Shown here in pieces: positions 22,430 through 35,318 of a stretch of 64,000 nt of DNA (positions are counted from its first letter, which is position 1; the number at the start of each line of letters is the position of its first letter). The notes beneath the pieces are model-generated. The model was not told the DNA's origin. It saw only the letters and a program-made list of their open reading frames with translations, and did no database searches. The translations under genes and the position numbers were made by a program. The stretch comes from Octopus bimaculoides (taxonomy: Eukaryota), in the NCBI RefSeq assembly GCF_001194135.2, contig NC_068998.1:53838713-53902712 (forward strand), given 5' to 3'.

Positions 22430-22770
22430 CTCCAGACAGTTATCATCTGTGATTCTACTGCCCAGCTTGTTCACCACGCTCACAACCTGATTCGAAGTGT
22501 TGACTTTCGGAATTTTGTGTTTTTCCGAACTAGTAGTTTTGCAGAAGGAAGCTACCGTACAATCAGTAATGCGTTGGTTTCTATATACCACCCGAGGAGA
22601 TAAGGAGCCGCGAGGCCAGAGACAAAAGTGTGAGAATATTTCGATATCAGACACTTGCGAATGGTACAAGATATGGAAAGGTTTCAACAATTCAACTTCT
22701 CTTGTTTGGATATACACTTCTGCCTTCAGGTCACTTGCCATGCTGTTAAACATATCAACCGAAAATAACG
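22430..22770 (-). mobile_element. RTE-clade (BovB-like) LINE RT relic
   Basis: Minus frame MFNSMASDLKAEVYIQTR...QRITDC...TTSSEKHKI...VVSVVNKLGSRITDDNCLEA resembles RTE GVYI..R.DG / LQ...D.F / TIS.KKT / YLGS.I...D.E. The YADD motif is eroded. Confidence 0.5.
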
Positions 22771-23284
22771 CAGACGTTAAAACTATAAAGGATACACTAT
22801 GTGCAACAAAATGTTAAAATGATCAACATTTTCTGAACTATATATTATCTGACATAGCCTGGATGGTAGATTTGTCTCTTAAACGTGGAATTTGGTACCC
22901 ATGCTACTTCTGGTAGTGTTATTTAAAAGTATCTGTGCTTCATGGTACAAAACTAGAATAGAGGGCAATAAAATATCCGGATAGGCAGACGATACAAAGG
23001 CGGACAGGGAAACACAACGACGGGTCATCCGTGGCCTTCTTTCGGCAGTCAAGTTACGAGGTGTCCTTATAGTTTCGGGCGGTTACACTTGGGACTGTTC
23101 ACTCAACGCCCATGGCTACAACGGACTACACTTTAATCATTCCAGGAATGCAGACTATGTTCTTAAGAGACATGTCATTATAAATTCCATCCAAAGATTA
23201 TTGTTATTATTACTATACACACGCTCGTGCGCGCGTATATATGTATGCATGCATACACACATACATATACATACATCCCAGCCC

Positions 23285-23354
23285 TGCGATCGATGTGATC
23301 GATTTACCCTATCCTCCAAACATGCTGGCCTTGTGCCAAAGTTTGAAATCAGTA
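23285..23354 (+). mobile_element. SINE family A tail fragment
   Basis: tcgatgtgatcgatttaccc...gctggccttgtgccaaagtttgaaatca. Confidence 0.7.
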
Positions 23355-23364
23355 TATGTGTGTG

Positions 23365-23404
<40 letters not shown>

Positions 23405-23628
23405 TGCGTGTGTGTGTGTCTGTGTATACATAAATATGAGTAACTGTTGCATTTGTTGAGTATATAAACAGTGTGGCTGTCTGTTTCTCTGGAGATTGTC
23501 AAAGCGATGTGGATGACTCTGAATAAGGGTCCGAAAATCGATTAAGGTTGTTCATCATTTTTTCAGACTACGGAGAAATGGCTAAAATTTTCCGTTTATC
23601 ATTTATACCATATATTACGTATATATAT

Positions 23629-23675
<47 letters not shown>

Positions 23676-23972
23676 GAGAGAGAGAACAGACAGACAGACA
23701 GATAGATATGCGTGATTGTATATGTATATGTGTGTGCAATATGTGAGCGTTGATATATGGATGTATTTGTATCTTTATATATCTTTGAATGTGTGTGTAT
23801 CTTTGCATGTGTGTGTGTGGAGGGGGGTGGAAAGGAAGGCAAAAGTTACTAATTACATCGAAATGGATGAAGTAGAGTTAATTGTAGTAAAAGCAAGACT
23901 GAGGCGACTGTGGAAACTCCAGTTCTCCCATTAATCTTGTGTGCGTGTGTATATGTGTTGTTGTTGTTGCTG

Positions 23973-24003
<31 letters not shown>

Positions 24004-24058
24004 TGTGTGTGTGTGTGTGTGTGTGTGTCTGTGTGTGTGTGTGTGTGTCTGTGTGTGT

Positions 24059-24090
<32 letters not shown>

Positions 24091-24511
24091 TTCTGTGTGT
24101 TTACGTGTAAATATTCTCTCTTGATTTAATATTAGAAGAAATTCAGGTGTAGTCATTATTGCATTTCCTTGTCAGTTTCAATGCAATTTTAACTCTTATG
24201 TCCAGGTATCCGATTTCTGAGGGAGAAATCATTTTCAGACACTTTTGTTTTCTTACTTTCATTCTCATTCGTCTTCTAAACATGTCCGCTCTTCCTTTTG
24301 CCATTCTGGAACACAATTCTGCAACTAATTTCAATGTTATTCGTGTTGGCACTCGCAACGTTTTGTCTAATTATTCCGATTAGAAATATTCCAATTGGTT
24401 TATAATGAGACTTAATTATGTTTTATCTTCCTTCATTAAAACTTTCCCTCATCCATCTTCTCTACGTGTTTTACGTGTCGTAGAGAAGAGTGGCTGAAAT
24501 TTCTCTTTTAA

Positions 24512-24695
24512 TTTTTACTTGTTTCGGTCTTCGAACGGCAGCCATACTGGGACAGCACCTTGAAGGATTTAGGTGGCCGAATCGACCCCAGTTGTTTTTT
24601 TTTTTTAATTTGGTAGGTAATTCTATCGTCTCTTTTGCTGAACCGTTAAGTTACGGGGATGTAAATAAACCCAACGTCAGATATCAAGCGGGGAA
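24512..24695 (-). mobile_element. SINE family C 3' part
   Basis: ttttacttgtttc...gccatactgg...atcgaccccagt...ttctatcgtctcttttgctgaaccgttaagttacgggga; homologous to 32881, 43124 and, in reverse, 60660. Confidence 0.8.
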
Positions 24696-24924
24696 AATAT
24701 AAACACAAATATACACCACACACACACACACTCGCACTCTTACCACAAAACGGCAGTGAACCAGCGAGCTCACGGTGTGAAAATCTGCAACAAATGACAC
24801 GAGTGCACATGCATTGCAACGAAATTCACATGAATGAATAATAAATAACAAGTGGAATGCTCTTTATATCATTCGTAAGCAGTATGTCAATAAATATATT
24901 TATACAATATCAATTATCATTTCG

Positions 24925-25145
24925 GAGATGCACTTGCATAGCAAGTGACCTGATCTGAGATCGTGTGCTCGAACGAAAACAATTGTCGCGTGGAAGTTGT
25001 TTATAAGCCATTTAAAAACACACCGCGACCTGTTCACTGACAAAATACCATGCTGAACAGGTTGCGGTCTCAAAGCGACGAAAATATTTTGACAAATTAA
25101 ATTTAAATGTCGAAGTGAATCGAACGGTTTTCGACGCTGCAATTG
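24925..25145. mobile_element. Foldback (palindromic) MITE-like element, internally deleted
   Basis: Central inverted repeat accgcgacctgttca (25022-25036) / tgaacaggttgcggt (25054-25068). Both arms match the copy at 51976-52167. Confidence 0.7.
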
Positions 25146-25823
25146 GTTTTTTAAAATTATCATTTCATTTTCACACTGATTGTGCAATATTTCTCAACAG
25201 CACCACTCTTACACCTAGCAACGATATCGTCATTATTACACTCACTGTTAACCTTGTCTTCTCTCAGATTCGAGGTAAAATTTATTTGTGAGGGTTCGTA
25301 TTTTCTCAGAGATGCTCTTTTATATAAAATATATTTTCATGTTTGCGTAGGTGATCTTTCATTTTTTGGATTCGTTATTAAATTAAGTTTCTCTTTTAAA
25401 GTTATCATGAGAGTTAAAATTTTCACTTTATTCAATTATTCCTCTTTGAAATATCTCAACAGCTCTGACATAAGAGTTTACTTCGCTGTCAAAGAAGACT
25501 GAAAGTCTGTTCTTATCTTTTATTTAACGTTTCTGCTGCTTTGATTAAGTTTTGCTTATTATATGTCACGGGTCTTTTAGTGCAATATTGAAAAAATATA
25601 TGTTATTTAGACATACGGCTAAACACGATCTTCCACTACACAGTGCCAAGAAGTGTCGGCCCAAGTGAACAGTCCTTCATTGGGGTAACTTCTGTGGCAT
25701 GGAAGTGGAGACATACATGCTTAGCCAATTGCCACTCATCCTCAAAAGATCTCACTCAATTAATGATCACTCATTCATTATTAGCTGTATAACTATACTT
25801 CACATATAGGTATTTATATACGT

Positions 25824-25935
25824 GAAGGCACGTGGCTTAGTGGTTAGGGCGTTCAGCTCCTGATCGCAAGGTCGTGAGTTCAATTCGCAGCGACGCGTTG
25901 TCTCCTTGAGCAAGACGTTTTATTTCACGTTGCTC
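25824..25935 (+). mobile_element. SINE family B (tRNA head plus CORE-like ccttgagcaagac domain), 3' truncated
   Basis: A-box tggcttagtgg, B-box gagttcaattc, then ttgtctccttgagcaagacgttttatttcacgttgctc; homologous to 38954 and 60313. Confidence 0.85.
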
Positions 25936-25974
25936 GATATCATTAACAATAGTTGATATTACAAAACGTAAGAC

Positions 25975-26190
25975 AGGCGAGGAGGCGAAAGAATCGTAAG
26001 TGCGTCGGACAAAATGCTTCGCAACATTTTTTTTGGATCTTTATGTTTTGAGTTCAAATACCACCTAAGTTGACATTCGTTTTTATCTTCTTCGGTCCCA
26101 GTAAATAAAACCTGTCAAGCACCGGGGCCGATGTAACCGACTAGCCCCTCCCCTCAAAATTACGGTCTTGTACCTATAATATAAATAATA
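25975..26190 (+). mobile_element. SINE family A, diverged
   Basis: aggcga...agaatcgt..., gagttcaaata, ggggccgatgtaaccgact, cccctcccc and ggtcttgtaccta motifs. Confidence 0.7.
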
Positions 26191-27007
26191 CGACGTAATG
26201 TAAATTTGGAATTTCATATGCTTCACATCAAAGTGATTTCTACTTTGTACAATGAAGGAAAGGTACACTGGAGTAATGTACTAGATGCACAATGTCCTCA
26301 AAGAATAAAATGAGATAATCACGTCTGTCAGATCCAATGTCTGCTTCATCAAAATTCGAATACGTATCATTAATACTATTCAACATACGACAAGTCTCGA
26401 TAAATATGAACTTCGTATACTCACACACACTTATCATATAAACATGTGTATGTATATGTATGCACACACACAAACACACACATATATATACATATTATAA
26501 TAGATGTATGTATGCATGTATGTAAATGTATAGACAATATTTGATATTACAGCAGTCAACATTCAGCTTTTGACGTTGCTAAGCAAATATTAAAATGGCA
26601 GCTGCGGATAAAAGAGAATCAGAAAAATAATATGTGGCCTCACAAACAGATCAAAGATTTATTTTTTAAGTATGTGTTAGTTAGAGCCCTATTAAATTCA
26701 ATAGATAGCATCTATGAATGACATTAACTACCTCAGAACTGACTGCTCTTCTTGGGGGCACGTAGAAGCGCATTGTGCGGCTCTGATCTATCACACCTTT
26801 GACAGTCGAGTTAATTCAACAGTAAAGGAATCTCTCTGGCACCTGTGCCAAATCAAAGACACATTGTGAGAAAAGTCTAATGAAAGACTAATATTGTAAT
26901 ACTTCATCAAATATTTAGTGTAATGCAATATAACTTATCGGCAGACGGTCTGTTGATTATGTAAACGGTCGGCTTTGACTGATAATTAACTGATAATGAC
27001 GATAAGC

Positions 27008-27071
<64 letters not shown>

Positions 27072-27130
27072 ATAGTAGTAGTAGTAGTAGTTGTAGCAGC
27101 AGCAGCAGCAGTAGTGGTAGTCGTAGTAGT
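27008..27130. repeat. (TAG)n/(CAG) trinucleotide array
   Basis: Seen directly; source of the poly-S and poly-T pseudo-ORFs. Confidence 0.95.
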
Positions 27131-27383
27131 TCTTTTATTTACCATGAGATTACTCACACACTCATACACCTTATATATATATATATATGTATGTATGTAT
27201 ATACTCACACACAATATATATGTATGTATGTATGTTTATACTCACACACAATATATATGTATGTGTATATATATATATATGCGTGTGTGCAAATATATAT
27301 ATATGCATATATAGGTATATATGCATATATATTTGTATCTATGCATATACACACAAACACATAAATATATGNNNNNNNNNNTA

Positions 27384-27427
<44 letters not shown>

Positions 27428-27949
27428 TGCATATATAGGTATATATGCATATATATTTGTATCTATGCATATACACACAAACACATAAATATATGTATAT
27501 GTATATATGCGTATGCGTATGTGTATGTGTTTATGTGTGTAGGAAGAACACCTACACAAAGAGAAAGAAGCCACGACACCGTGCGTGGATTACGTCACCT
27601 TCTGACGCTAACCATCTACCGCGCTTGGTTGCACAAACAAGTGATCCGGTTTCCAATCAGCCTAATGTCGTGGGTCGGAGGGTATCCACCTCCATTTCTT
27701 AGTCAAAGCTTCCCAGTTGTAAGATTATGATACCGAAGACGAAGTTATTTCATTCCTTGGAATAGAAATAGCCGAGGTCAAGAAACATCGGTATTAGGTG
27801 AGGCTGCGGCGGTTACTTTTGCTCAACACCCTCTTGAAGTCGTCTACCTTTCTGCTTTTACAACTAATCTGGGAACAAATATCTCAAATGGCTTTTCTCG
27901 TACCATTCCAGCCAAGTATCCTTGCTTTCCTCTAACTCAACTTTTGCAA

Positions 27950-28318
27950 CAGCATAGTGGTCAGAGGACTAGATCGTGGGTGCGGTACCCGGAACCATCT
28001 GCGAGTTGTTCTCGAGTAAATCTCTTCATTGCAAGTTCTTCGAGTCTACCCCCAAACACCACCCACCCCGCCCCTGTAAGTGGTTTAGTCTACGACGGTT
28101 TAGCCTCTTCATCAGGGGCAATGCTGATCTGCTCACCCGGTCACTGGTGTGGCATCATTCGAATGCTAAAAAAAATGCAAAGTGTATTTTGGCCAGCGAT
28201 GTATATCAACATCCTATGGTCTGGTCGATCACATCGTCCCGAAATCAATGTAGATGCCACAACCTTGACACATGCCTGTGTATCCTCATTCATGAAGCAA
28301 GTTCACCAAAAATACTAA
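27950..28318 (+). mobile_element. Possible highly degenerate LINE RT relic
   Basis: GC-richer patch; the frame VNLFIASS...VSGLVYDGLA...WCGIIRMLKK...EINVD loosely follows RT FNLFI / LLYADDL / W.L.IN.KK. Weak. Confidence 0.3.
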
Positions 28319-28808
28319 TTATTATCATCCTTATTAAGCTAAATAGCAGGCTCGATGTTAACATTGCTAGCGTTTCAATATTAATTTCCGTCGAAACCGT
28401 TTGCATTCATTAGCAACAGATATGCTTGTCGTGATTTACATAAGGCATTTGACTAATGTCAGCCTCTCCCATCCTTCATCTCTGTTACACCTGCACTGCC
28501 ACTGTCGTCGTCGTCGTCGTCGTCGTTGCCATCAACATTATCAGTTTCTGTCTTCATCAGCAGCAGCACTCTTATTCACTTTACCATAATAATCATTATT
28601 TTATACGATCACACCCATCATCAATGATGATGATGATGATGATGATAATACTAATAATAATAATAATAATAATGCAACTAACTCCCGAAATTAGCACAAC
28701 GCGTTTACAAAAGAAGACATGTGGTAAGACTGATCCATTGGCAGCTCTGTGGAAATGAGCTGTGAGTTTCCACCAAATAAGATTAATAATACTTTCTTCT
28801 ATAGGCAC

Positions 28809-28945
28809 AAGGCGGCAAAGTGTCAGAATCGTCAGCACACCGGACAAAATGCTTAACCGCATTTATTCCGGTTTTTCGTGCTGAAGTCAACTTTGCCTTC
28901 ATCCCTTCGGATCGATAAAATAGTTACCAGTCGAGTACTGAGAGC
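28809..28945 (+). mobile_element. SINE family A, diverged and 3' truncated
   Basis: aaggcggc...cagaatcgtcagcacaccggacaaaatgctt...gtcaactttgccttcatcccttcgga. Confidence 0.75.
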
Positions 28946-30785
28946 TGGGCGGGGGGCGTTCATGTAATATGTAGAAAATAACCCCATCCCCGCCTAAATC
29001 TAAGGAGTTGTTCCTATAGTAGAGAATATATATAACGAGATTTAACATATATAAGTAGCTATATACGAGTGTGGGCATGTAGGTGTGGGTATGTATTCGT
29101 ACATATATTCGTGTATGTGTGTTTCTGGGTGTGTGTACGTATGTGTAATTGATAATAGAATAGGCAGGACTGAGAGAACATACACCTTCCATAACCAAAT
29201 GTATATGTATATGTTTATTTGCGCGCGCGCACACACACATGCACAAAGACCCACATTCAGTGTGGTATACAAAGTTATGTATGCAGAAACATATACACCC
29301 ACCTAAATATGTAGGAAACAGAAGCAGAGAATAAAACCGGTTAAATTGCCGTAAGCGTTGTTATTGTATGTAAGGAGAGAGATACAGTATTATAATGTAA
29401 TTAAGCTAGACAATGCTGGCAAAGGAATTGGAGAAATTGAATTATTTGATACTACACTTGGCAGTAAAAACAGTTTACCTCTGACCCACACTAAACAGGC
29501 AATAGTCTTGCAATACTGCAACATTCCAGATATGGTTTCCACATCCGTCAGCCTCTCAAGTCTGACCACACGAAATCATGTAAAAATATAAATGCTAGCC
29601 GTCTCTCAATCTAAAAGAGAAGCAGCCGTTTCCCTCCCAACTCGAATTTATAAATATAAAAGAATTAATAAAAATAAAATAAAGTCAATCCTGTTTGTTA
29701 ATATGTTTACATGATGCATTACGTCTTACAATTAGATGAGAGGTTCATGGGTGGAATGTCTGATCTCATTGTTCATTTCAGTTAGAGTTAGGCTACCGCA
29801 TGGATACAGACTAGCAACAAGAAATTCACTCGCAGCTGCATGGCAGGTAATATTACTTTAAACAACTGCCTGTGACGAGTGTGAGACGCTGTGGCACAGC
29901 CGTTTTGGCGCCGCCTATTTGAGCGTCACTGAATGGAGAATGAATTATTTTGACGTCAGATGTTTCTCTCTTTCTCTCTTTTCTTTCTCTTTATTCATAT
30001 GCCGTTTTCAATTACTGAATCGCAATATCTCTCTCTTTCCTTTTTTCTATCTTTCGGTGTCTACTTCTGCGCGTGCACGAGTGTGTGTTTGCTTCAAGAG
30101 CCAAAGTGTTCGATGACCCCAAAAAAGCTGTATGTCCGTTCAATCATACCGACACGTCAACCTCGTAACGAAGTGTACAGACGCTGCTTTTGATCCACTG
30201 ACTAAACCATATTAAAACTAGATACACGAATAAGACAACTGAATCTCGGGTAAATGCCACGAAATTTATGCTTCACAATCTCCGGTGATTTCTTATAAAT
30301 ACAGTATTGACGCACAAATTAGATTCCCCTTCAAAGCTGGACCTTATCAGTTTATGAAGCAGTACAAACATCTGCGGCCAGCTCGAGGCTACTGTTCACA
30401 TATATAGAATAGTATTGCAGCAGTATACATGCAAGAAGACACTTTAAATGATAACCCAGAGATGAAGCAGAACTTATATCTCTTCTTCCTACACATTCTC
30501 CTGCAATTGAAATAACTTGTAATTGATTTTATCAACAAAGAAGCTAATCGCTTCCACCAAAGTGAACTTGATGTATTATGAACTAAAGAGGCGGCTCCTT
30601 TGTCAGTGATCCGCAAACCGAAAAATACCACTCTCCCCATCAAATATAGGTGAAGATGTTTCACGTCACCTCGTCTCCGACTTTATTGATGAAAAGGAAC
30701 AAAGTATGCATCCATGTTATTTAAATCATTTCTCTTCATCGCGGTGTTGGACAAGAGGAAAATGTATGAAATCTTAATTCTATAT

Positions 30786-30992
30786 ATTCTTTTCTACTCT
30801 AGGCACAGGGCCCGAAATTTGGGGGGAGGGGGCCAGTCGATTAGATCGACTCTAGTGCGCAACTGGTACTTAATTTATCGACCCCGAGAGGATGAGAGGC
30901 AAAGTCGACCTCGGCGGAGTCTGAACTCAGAGCATAAAGACAGACGAAATACCGCTAAGCATTTTGCCCGGCGTGCTAATGTTTCGCCGCCT
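30786..30992 (-). mobile_element. SINE family A, full length
   Basis: Reverse of the consensus from the tail ttcttttctactctaggcaca to the head ...gtgctaatgtttcgccgcctt. Confidence 0.92.
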
Positions 30993-31465
30993 TCTTAACT
31001 ATATATATATTATTAAAGATGACAATTTATCCGCTCTTTTCAATGTTCACTGACTCCTCACAATTAATAAATGCCAGAGATATGGAATCTAAAGTATGTC
31101 ATAGTAGTTGGTTAGTTAGTACGATCTCTCATTGTTGTAAAGATATGCAAATGAACAACACCGGAGCTTGTCTCTCATTGAATTCTTTCTAAATACAATT
31201 CTAAGTCTCTCTCGCCTTTTATCTCTTTCCTCATTTTCCTCCTTAGCGCCCTCCACCTGTCTCTGACCTTCTGTCTATCACTCCCTTGGTTCGAACGATG
31301 AGTCGAAAATAACCTGCCATATTAATTGTGTTGTTAAATCGTTTTGTTTCGTCAAGAGAGACCCATGTGCATATCGAGGTTGCATCTATGTTTATTAGAA
31401 TATACGATTCTAAATTTATTTCCAATTTATCCTCAGTCAAGTTATCTCAGCAACTTAAAATGTGT

Positions 31466-31507
<42 letters not shown>

Positions 31508-32601
31508 TTGAATGTGTAGATGTATGTATATACATTTATATCACATACACATATTTATCTGTGTGTGTGTTTGTGACCATGTACATATCGAGGATGTAAA
31601 TATGCATATGTGTGTATATATTTATATANNNNNNNNNNTATATATATATAATATAGTAAACATTTGTAATTATAGACACGCATACGGTAATACATGCGGG
31701 TGTATGGGTGGATGTATATAGTCATGAATATTTATAGACTTCCTACATTTATTGTCCGTCATTCTCAATGATTTTCTCTGCAAAATAAAATATAATGCAC
31801 AAATACTGTTATGTGTGTGTGTGTGTAAATACATATTAATTTATTAATGTATGAATGCATGTATGTATAATGTACATATATTTGTATGTGTATATACATA
31901 TATACCTATATTTGCAGATATACGTAAATACACACACACACTCACATATATGTATATATGTATGTGTGTGTATATATATATATAGTAGAAACGTGGCACA
32001 AGTAGTAGATATATATGTATATATGATTGTGTGAGGCATTCTCTTTGAATGAATAAAAAATCATTGAAAATGTATAAATATGCATTAGCTAAATAAAATA
32101 ATAAAAAAAAATATAAAACGCTGGAAATAGAGAATAAAGAATCTGAAGGAAACAAAATAAGGAAGAAAAATAAGGAAGTAAAGAAAGAAAGGAAGGAAAG
32201 ACGGAAGAACGGACGAATGAAAGAATGAGCGAAAAACAAAATATAAACAGAACGCAGGGAAGAAAGAAGGAAAGGAGAAGAGAAAGCAAGTAAGTGTCTC
32301 CAGAAACTAGACATGAGCGATATCTATTGATGAATGTATTCCACTGATATGATTACCAATGCGAGCCTATCTTTAGCTTCGGAAGAAATATCATCTGCAA
32401 GTGACAGCTATTCTAGCACGACAATATTGCATGGTACTTGAACCAGTCTAAATATTATTATTCCATCGAAAATCAGAGAAAATGAAGACATAAAAATATA
32501 TAAAATCAAAATGAAATGAAACTTCCTTGACATCATTGTCGTTAGAACTTTTCAATATATCATTGGGTCCTGGAACAACTTTAGCCATGCTTTTTTTTTA
32601 C

Positions 32602-32602
<1 letters not shown>

Positions 32603-32660
<58 letters not shown>
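32603..32660. repeat. (ATT)n microsatellite
   Basis: Seen directly. Confidence 0.95.
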
Positions 32661-32661
<1 letters not shown>

Positions 32662-32880
32662 TCCTCTCATTTTTTTCCCATTTACTTTATTAAATCGTTC
32701 CTCAAATAATTCTAGTTCTTTACATTTTTATTGCCGTTTTCAAACATTTCACGATTTTATTGTTCTTTATTTTTAGTTATTTCGTTTTCGTTTATGAATT
32801 ATACATTTTCTGTTATTAATGTTTTTTTCATTTGTTGATTTTTCTTGTCCTAAGGAGAACAAAAATATATTTATCTTTAA

Positions 32881-33015
32881 TCTTTTACTTGTTTCACTCA
32901 TTGGATTGCGGCCATGCTGGGGCACAGCTTTTAATGGTGTAATCGAACAAATCGATTCCAGTACCTATTTGTTTTAAGTGTGGCAGTTACTCTGTCAATC
33001 CTTTTGTCGAAACGT
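32881..33015 (-). mobile_element. SINE family C 3' part
   Basis: tcttttacttgtttcactcattggattgcggccatgctggggcac...atcgattccagtac. Confidence 0.75.
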
Positions 33016-33025
33016 TTGTGGCTCT

Positions 33026-33240
33026 ACCTTTGCCGACAAAAGTAAAGTCCTTACGTTGGCTAATCATATATGGGGTTTTAAGACAAACTCCACGCTCCAT
33101 ACAATCGTGGAGAAAATCCATGTTCTGTGTTAATGGATCGGAAATGCATCTTACGCGCAACCCAAAGATCGCATATATTTTTTGGATGTAACCCATGCGT
33201 TTAAAGAACCGAGAAACACAAGAGAGAAACACGGTCAAAC
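33026..33240 (+). mobile_element. Possible Penelope-like GIY-YIG C-terminal relic
   Basis: TLANHIWGFK, then after a frameshift PYNRGENPCSVLMDRKCIL, resembling PLE LS.HIW.LK ... PY..G...C.LCL.EK..I. Confidence 0.4.
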
Positions 33241-33694
33241 CCGAAAATCTCAACTGCGAATATCTGTAAACTGATTATTAGAGTTATGGTCGTTGAAGGT
33301 AATACAGTTGCAGTTGAAATGCTGACACGATCTCACTACGTCACCGCTTTGGTTGAGATGAATTTATTTGGTACTTGAATCGAGTGCTGGTCTCGGAAAC
33401 CCTTCAATAAATTTCCGTATTGCATCTTTAAATAATGGATTCTGATGTAACTGTAACGTAGATTCTTGAGGAGAATCGGAGGAATTATGGGATTTGAAAG
33501 TAAATCGACCTCAGTATATTGAAGGTACTTAACTTTCTTTTTTCATTTGATTCTTTCCTGGAAAAGAGAATCAACACCAGTTAGGTTTTAAATGTGAAGC
33601 TGGCTTTTATTTATTCCCCTTCATTAGTGGCCTGCAACCCTAAATAATTACACTTTGTGGAGATACTCTACATTGCTTTAGGATCATTATAATG

Positions 33695-33885
33695 AAGGCG
33701 GCTGATGGGTCGAGTCGTTCGCGCGTCAGACAAAATTATGCTTAGTGGTATTCTACTTAGGTCAGTTTTGCCGTTCAGTCTCTCGGGGGTCGATCAATTA
33801 AGTACCAGTTGCGTATTGGGGTCGATGTAATCGACTGTCCCCCTCCCCAAAAATTTCGGGCCTTGTGCCTAGAGTAGAAAAGAAT
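33695..33885 (+). mobile_element. SINE family A with internal deletion
   Basis: Core and tail well preserved: aagtaccagttgcgtattggggtcgatgtaatcgact...ggccttgtgcctagagtagaaaagaat. Confidence 0.88.
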
Positions 33886-33919
33886 AATTTCATTGGAAGA
33901 CATACGAGAAATCAATTAC

Positions 33920-34310
33920 ATCAGCCCCTCCCCCCGGTTCTTGATGGTACTTATTTCATTTCTCTCGAATGAGAGAACCGTCAGATTGACTTCAGCGTGA
34001 TTTGAAACTAGAACGTAAATTTCGACAACTAAATACCACAAGGATTTTCTCTGATGCTTTAATAAAACTTTACAATACCACAAGAAACGTTTCTAACTGA
34101 AGCGCAACATTTCGTGAGATGAGGGTTTGTTCGATTCCATCGACCCATCACTCAGAGGAATTAACGATCAGTCAAGTCAGTGCTGTATTCGATACTTTGG
34201 AAAAATGAAAGACAAGCACAAATTTGGCGGGAATTCAACTCAGAAAGTGAAGGGAGATAATTAAATATCACAAAAAAATTAAGTTTGACGTTTAATCAAT
34301 TTAGCCTCCA
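33920..34310 (-). mobile_element. Two old, degenerate SINE family A copies
   Basis: ggtacttatttc...gatttgaaactagaacgtaaa and aatgaaagaca...aattcaactcagaa match the reversed family A motifs. Confidence 0.5.
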
Positions 34311-35318
34311 GCTTTATATGTATTTTGTATGGCCGTTCTACTTTCTGAGTTCAAATACTGGCAGGAGTTTGTTCTGCTTTCAACATTTATAAGGTTTATA
34401 AGGTGTCCGTAGTTATTGGGGTTTAATTAATCAAGTATACTTTAATTAATCAAGTATACTCAACATTTATAAACACCTCCTATATGTAATAACGATTTTT
34501 ATTTTAGGCAAAAAGCCATAATTTGGGGATATAAGTTTTATGGCCTATAAAGAAGTCAACGAGCAAAAATGTCCAAACGTCGAATAGAATGCATTGCAGT
34601 ATATATCCCCGGATCTCTACGCTCTTCGTTCAAATCCTGGCACATACAGCCTTAATTCGCATAGTGTTTCAGCCCACGATCCTGCCCTTGTTGGAGTGTG
34701 GTAGCTAGTGTGCCTCAATGACACCCTGAGGTAAGCCAGAGGTCAAAGGATTGATGCCAAACTCGTATGGACCAACGATTCTCAAAGGTAAATATGGATT
34801 TGCCTAGGGCCAAGACCTTTATCTCGAAAAAAAAAATGAAGAGCTCCAAAATTATGGCTGACTACTTAAAATCAATAAGACCTGGCGGAGGGAGGCCTTA
34901 CTAGTTGCAGCTGATTGACAAAGCAAAGAGAAGCATGAAAGACAGTCAAGTTTGGAGAACAGAGGAGAAAAATCGTCGATGGCTTACGCTCCATAGCGAA
35001 CGGTAACGTTTTCGGAGCCGGTGAAGAGAATAGCAATGAAAGGTACTGGTGAAACGGGAATATCAGAGCTAGATACAAAATGCCTGGCTGCATCTTTTCC
35101 AGCTTCCTGTGTTTTAAATTTAGATATCACTTAGGCGCTATTGGTTAGTGTAGACATGTTGAATACGATAGGCTGAAGCATTATCCGGCAGTAGATCGAT
35201 CACCACTTAATAGAATATGGTCAATGATATCAATGACTATTACGAGATTAAATCCACTGTAAAATGAAAGATTCATTTCACTAAAGCACAAGTCAATTCT
35301 GCAAATATCCGGGAATAA

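Noticed and set aside
25824-25900. tRNA gene-like sequence (also at 14575, 38954 and 60313)
   Set aside because: A and B boxes are present, but there is no acceptor stem or poly-T terminator and each continues into a SINE body.
34673-34730. Exon-like segment with a GAG|GTAAGC donor
   Set aside because: All three frames are closed; no other support.
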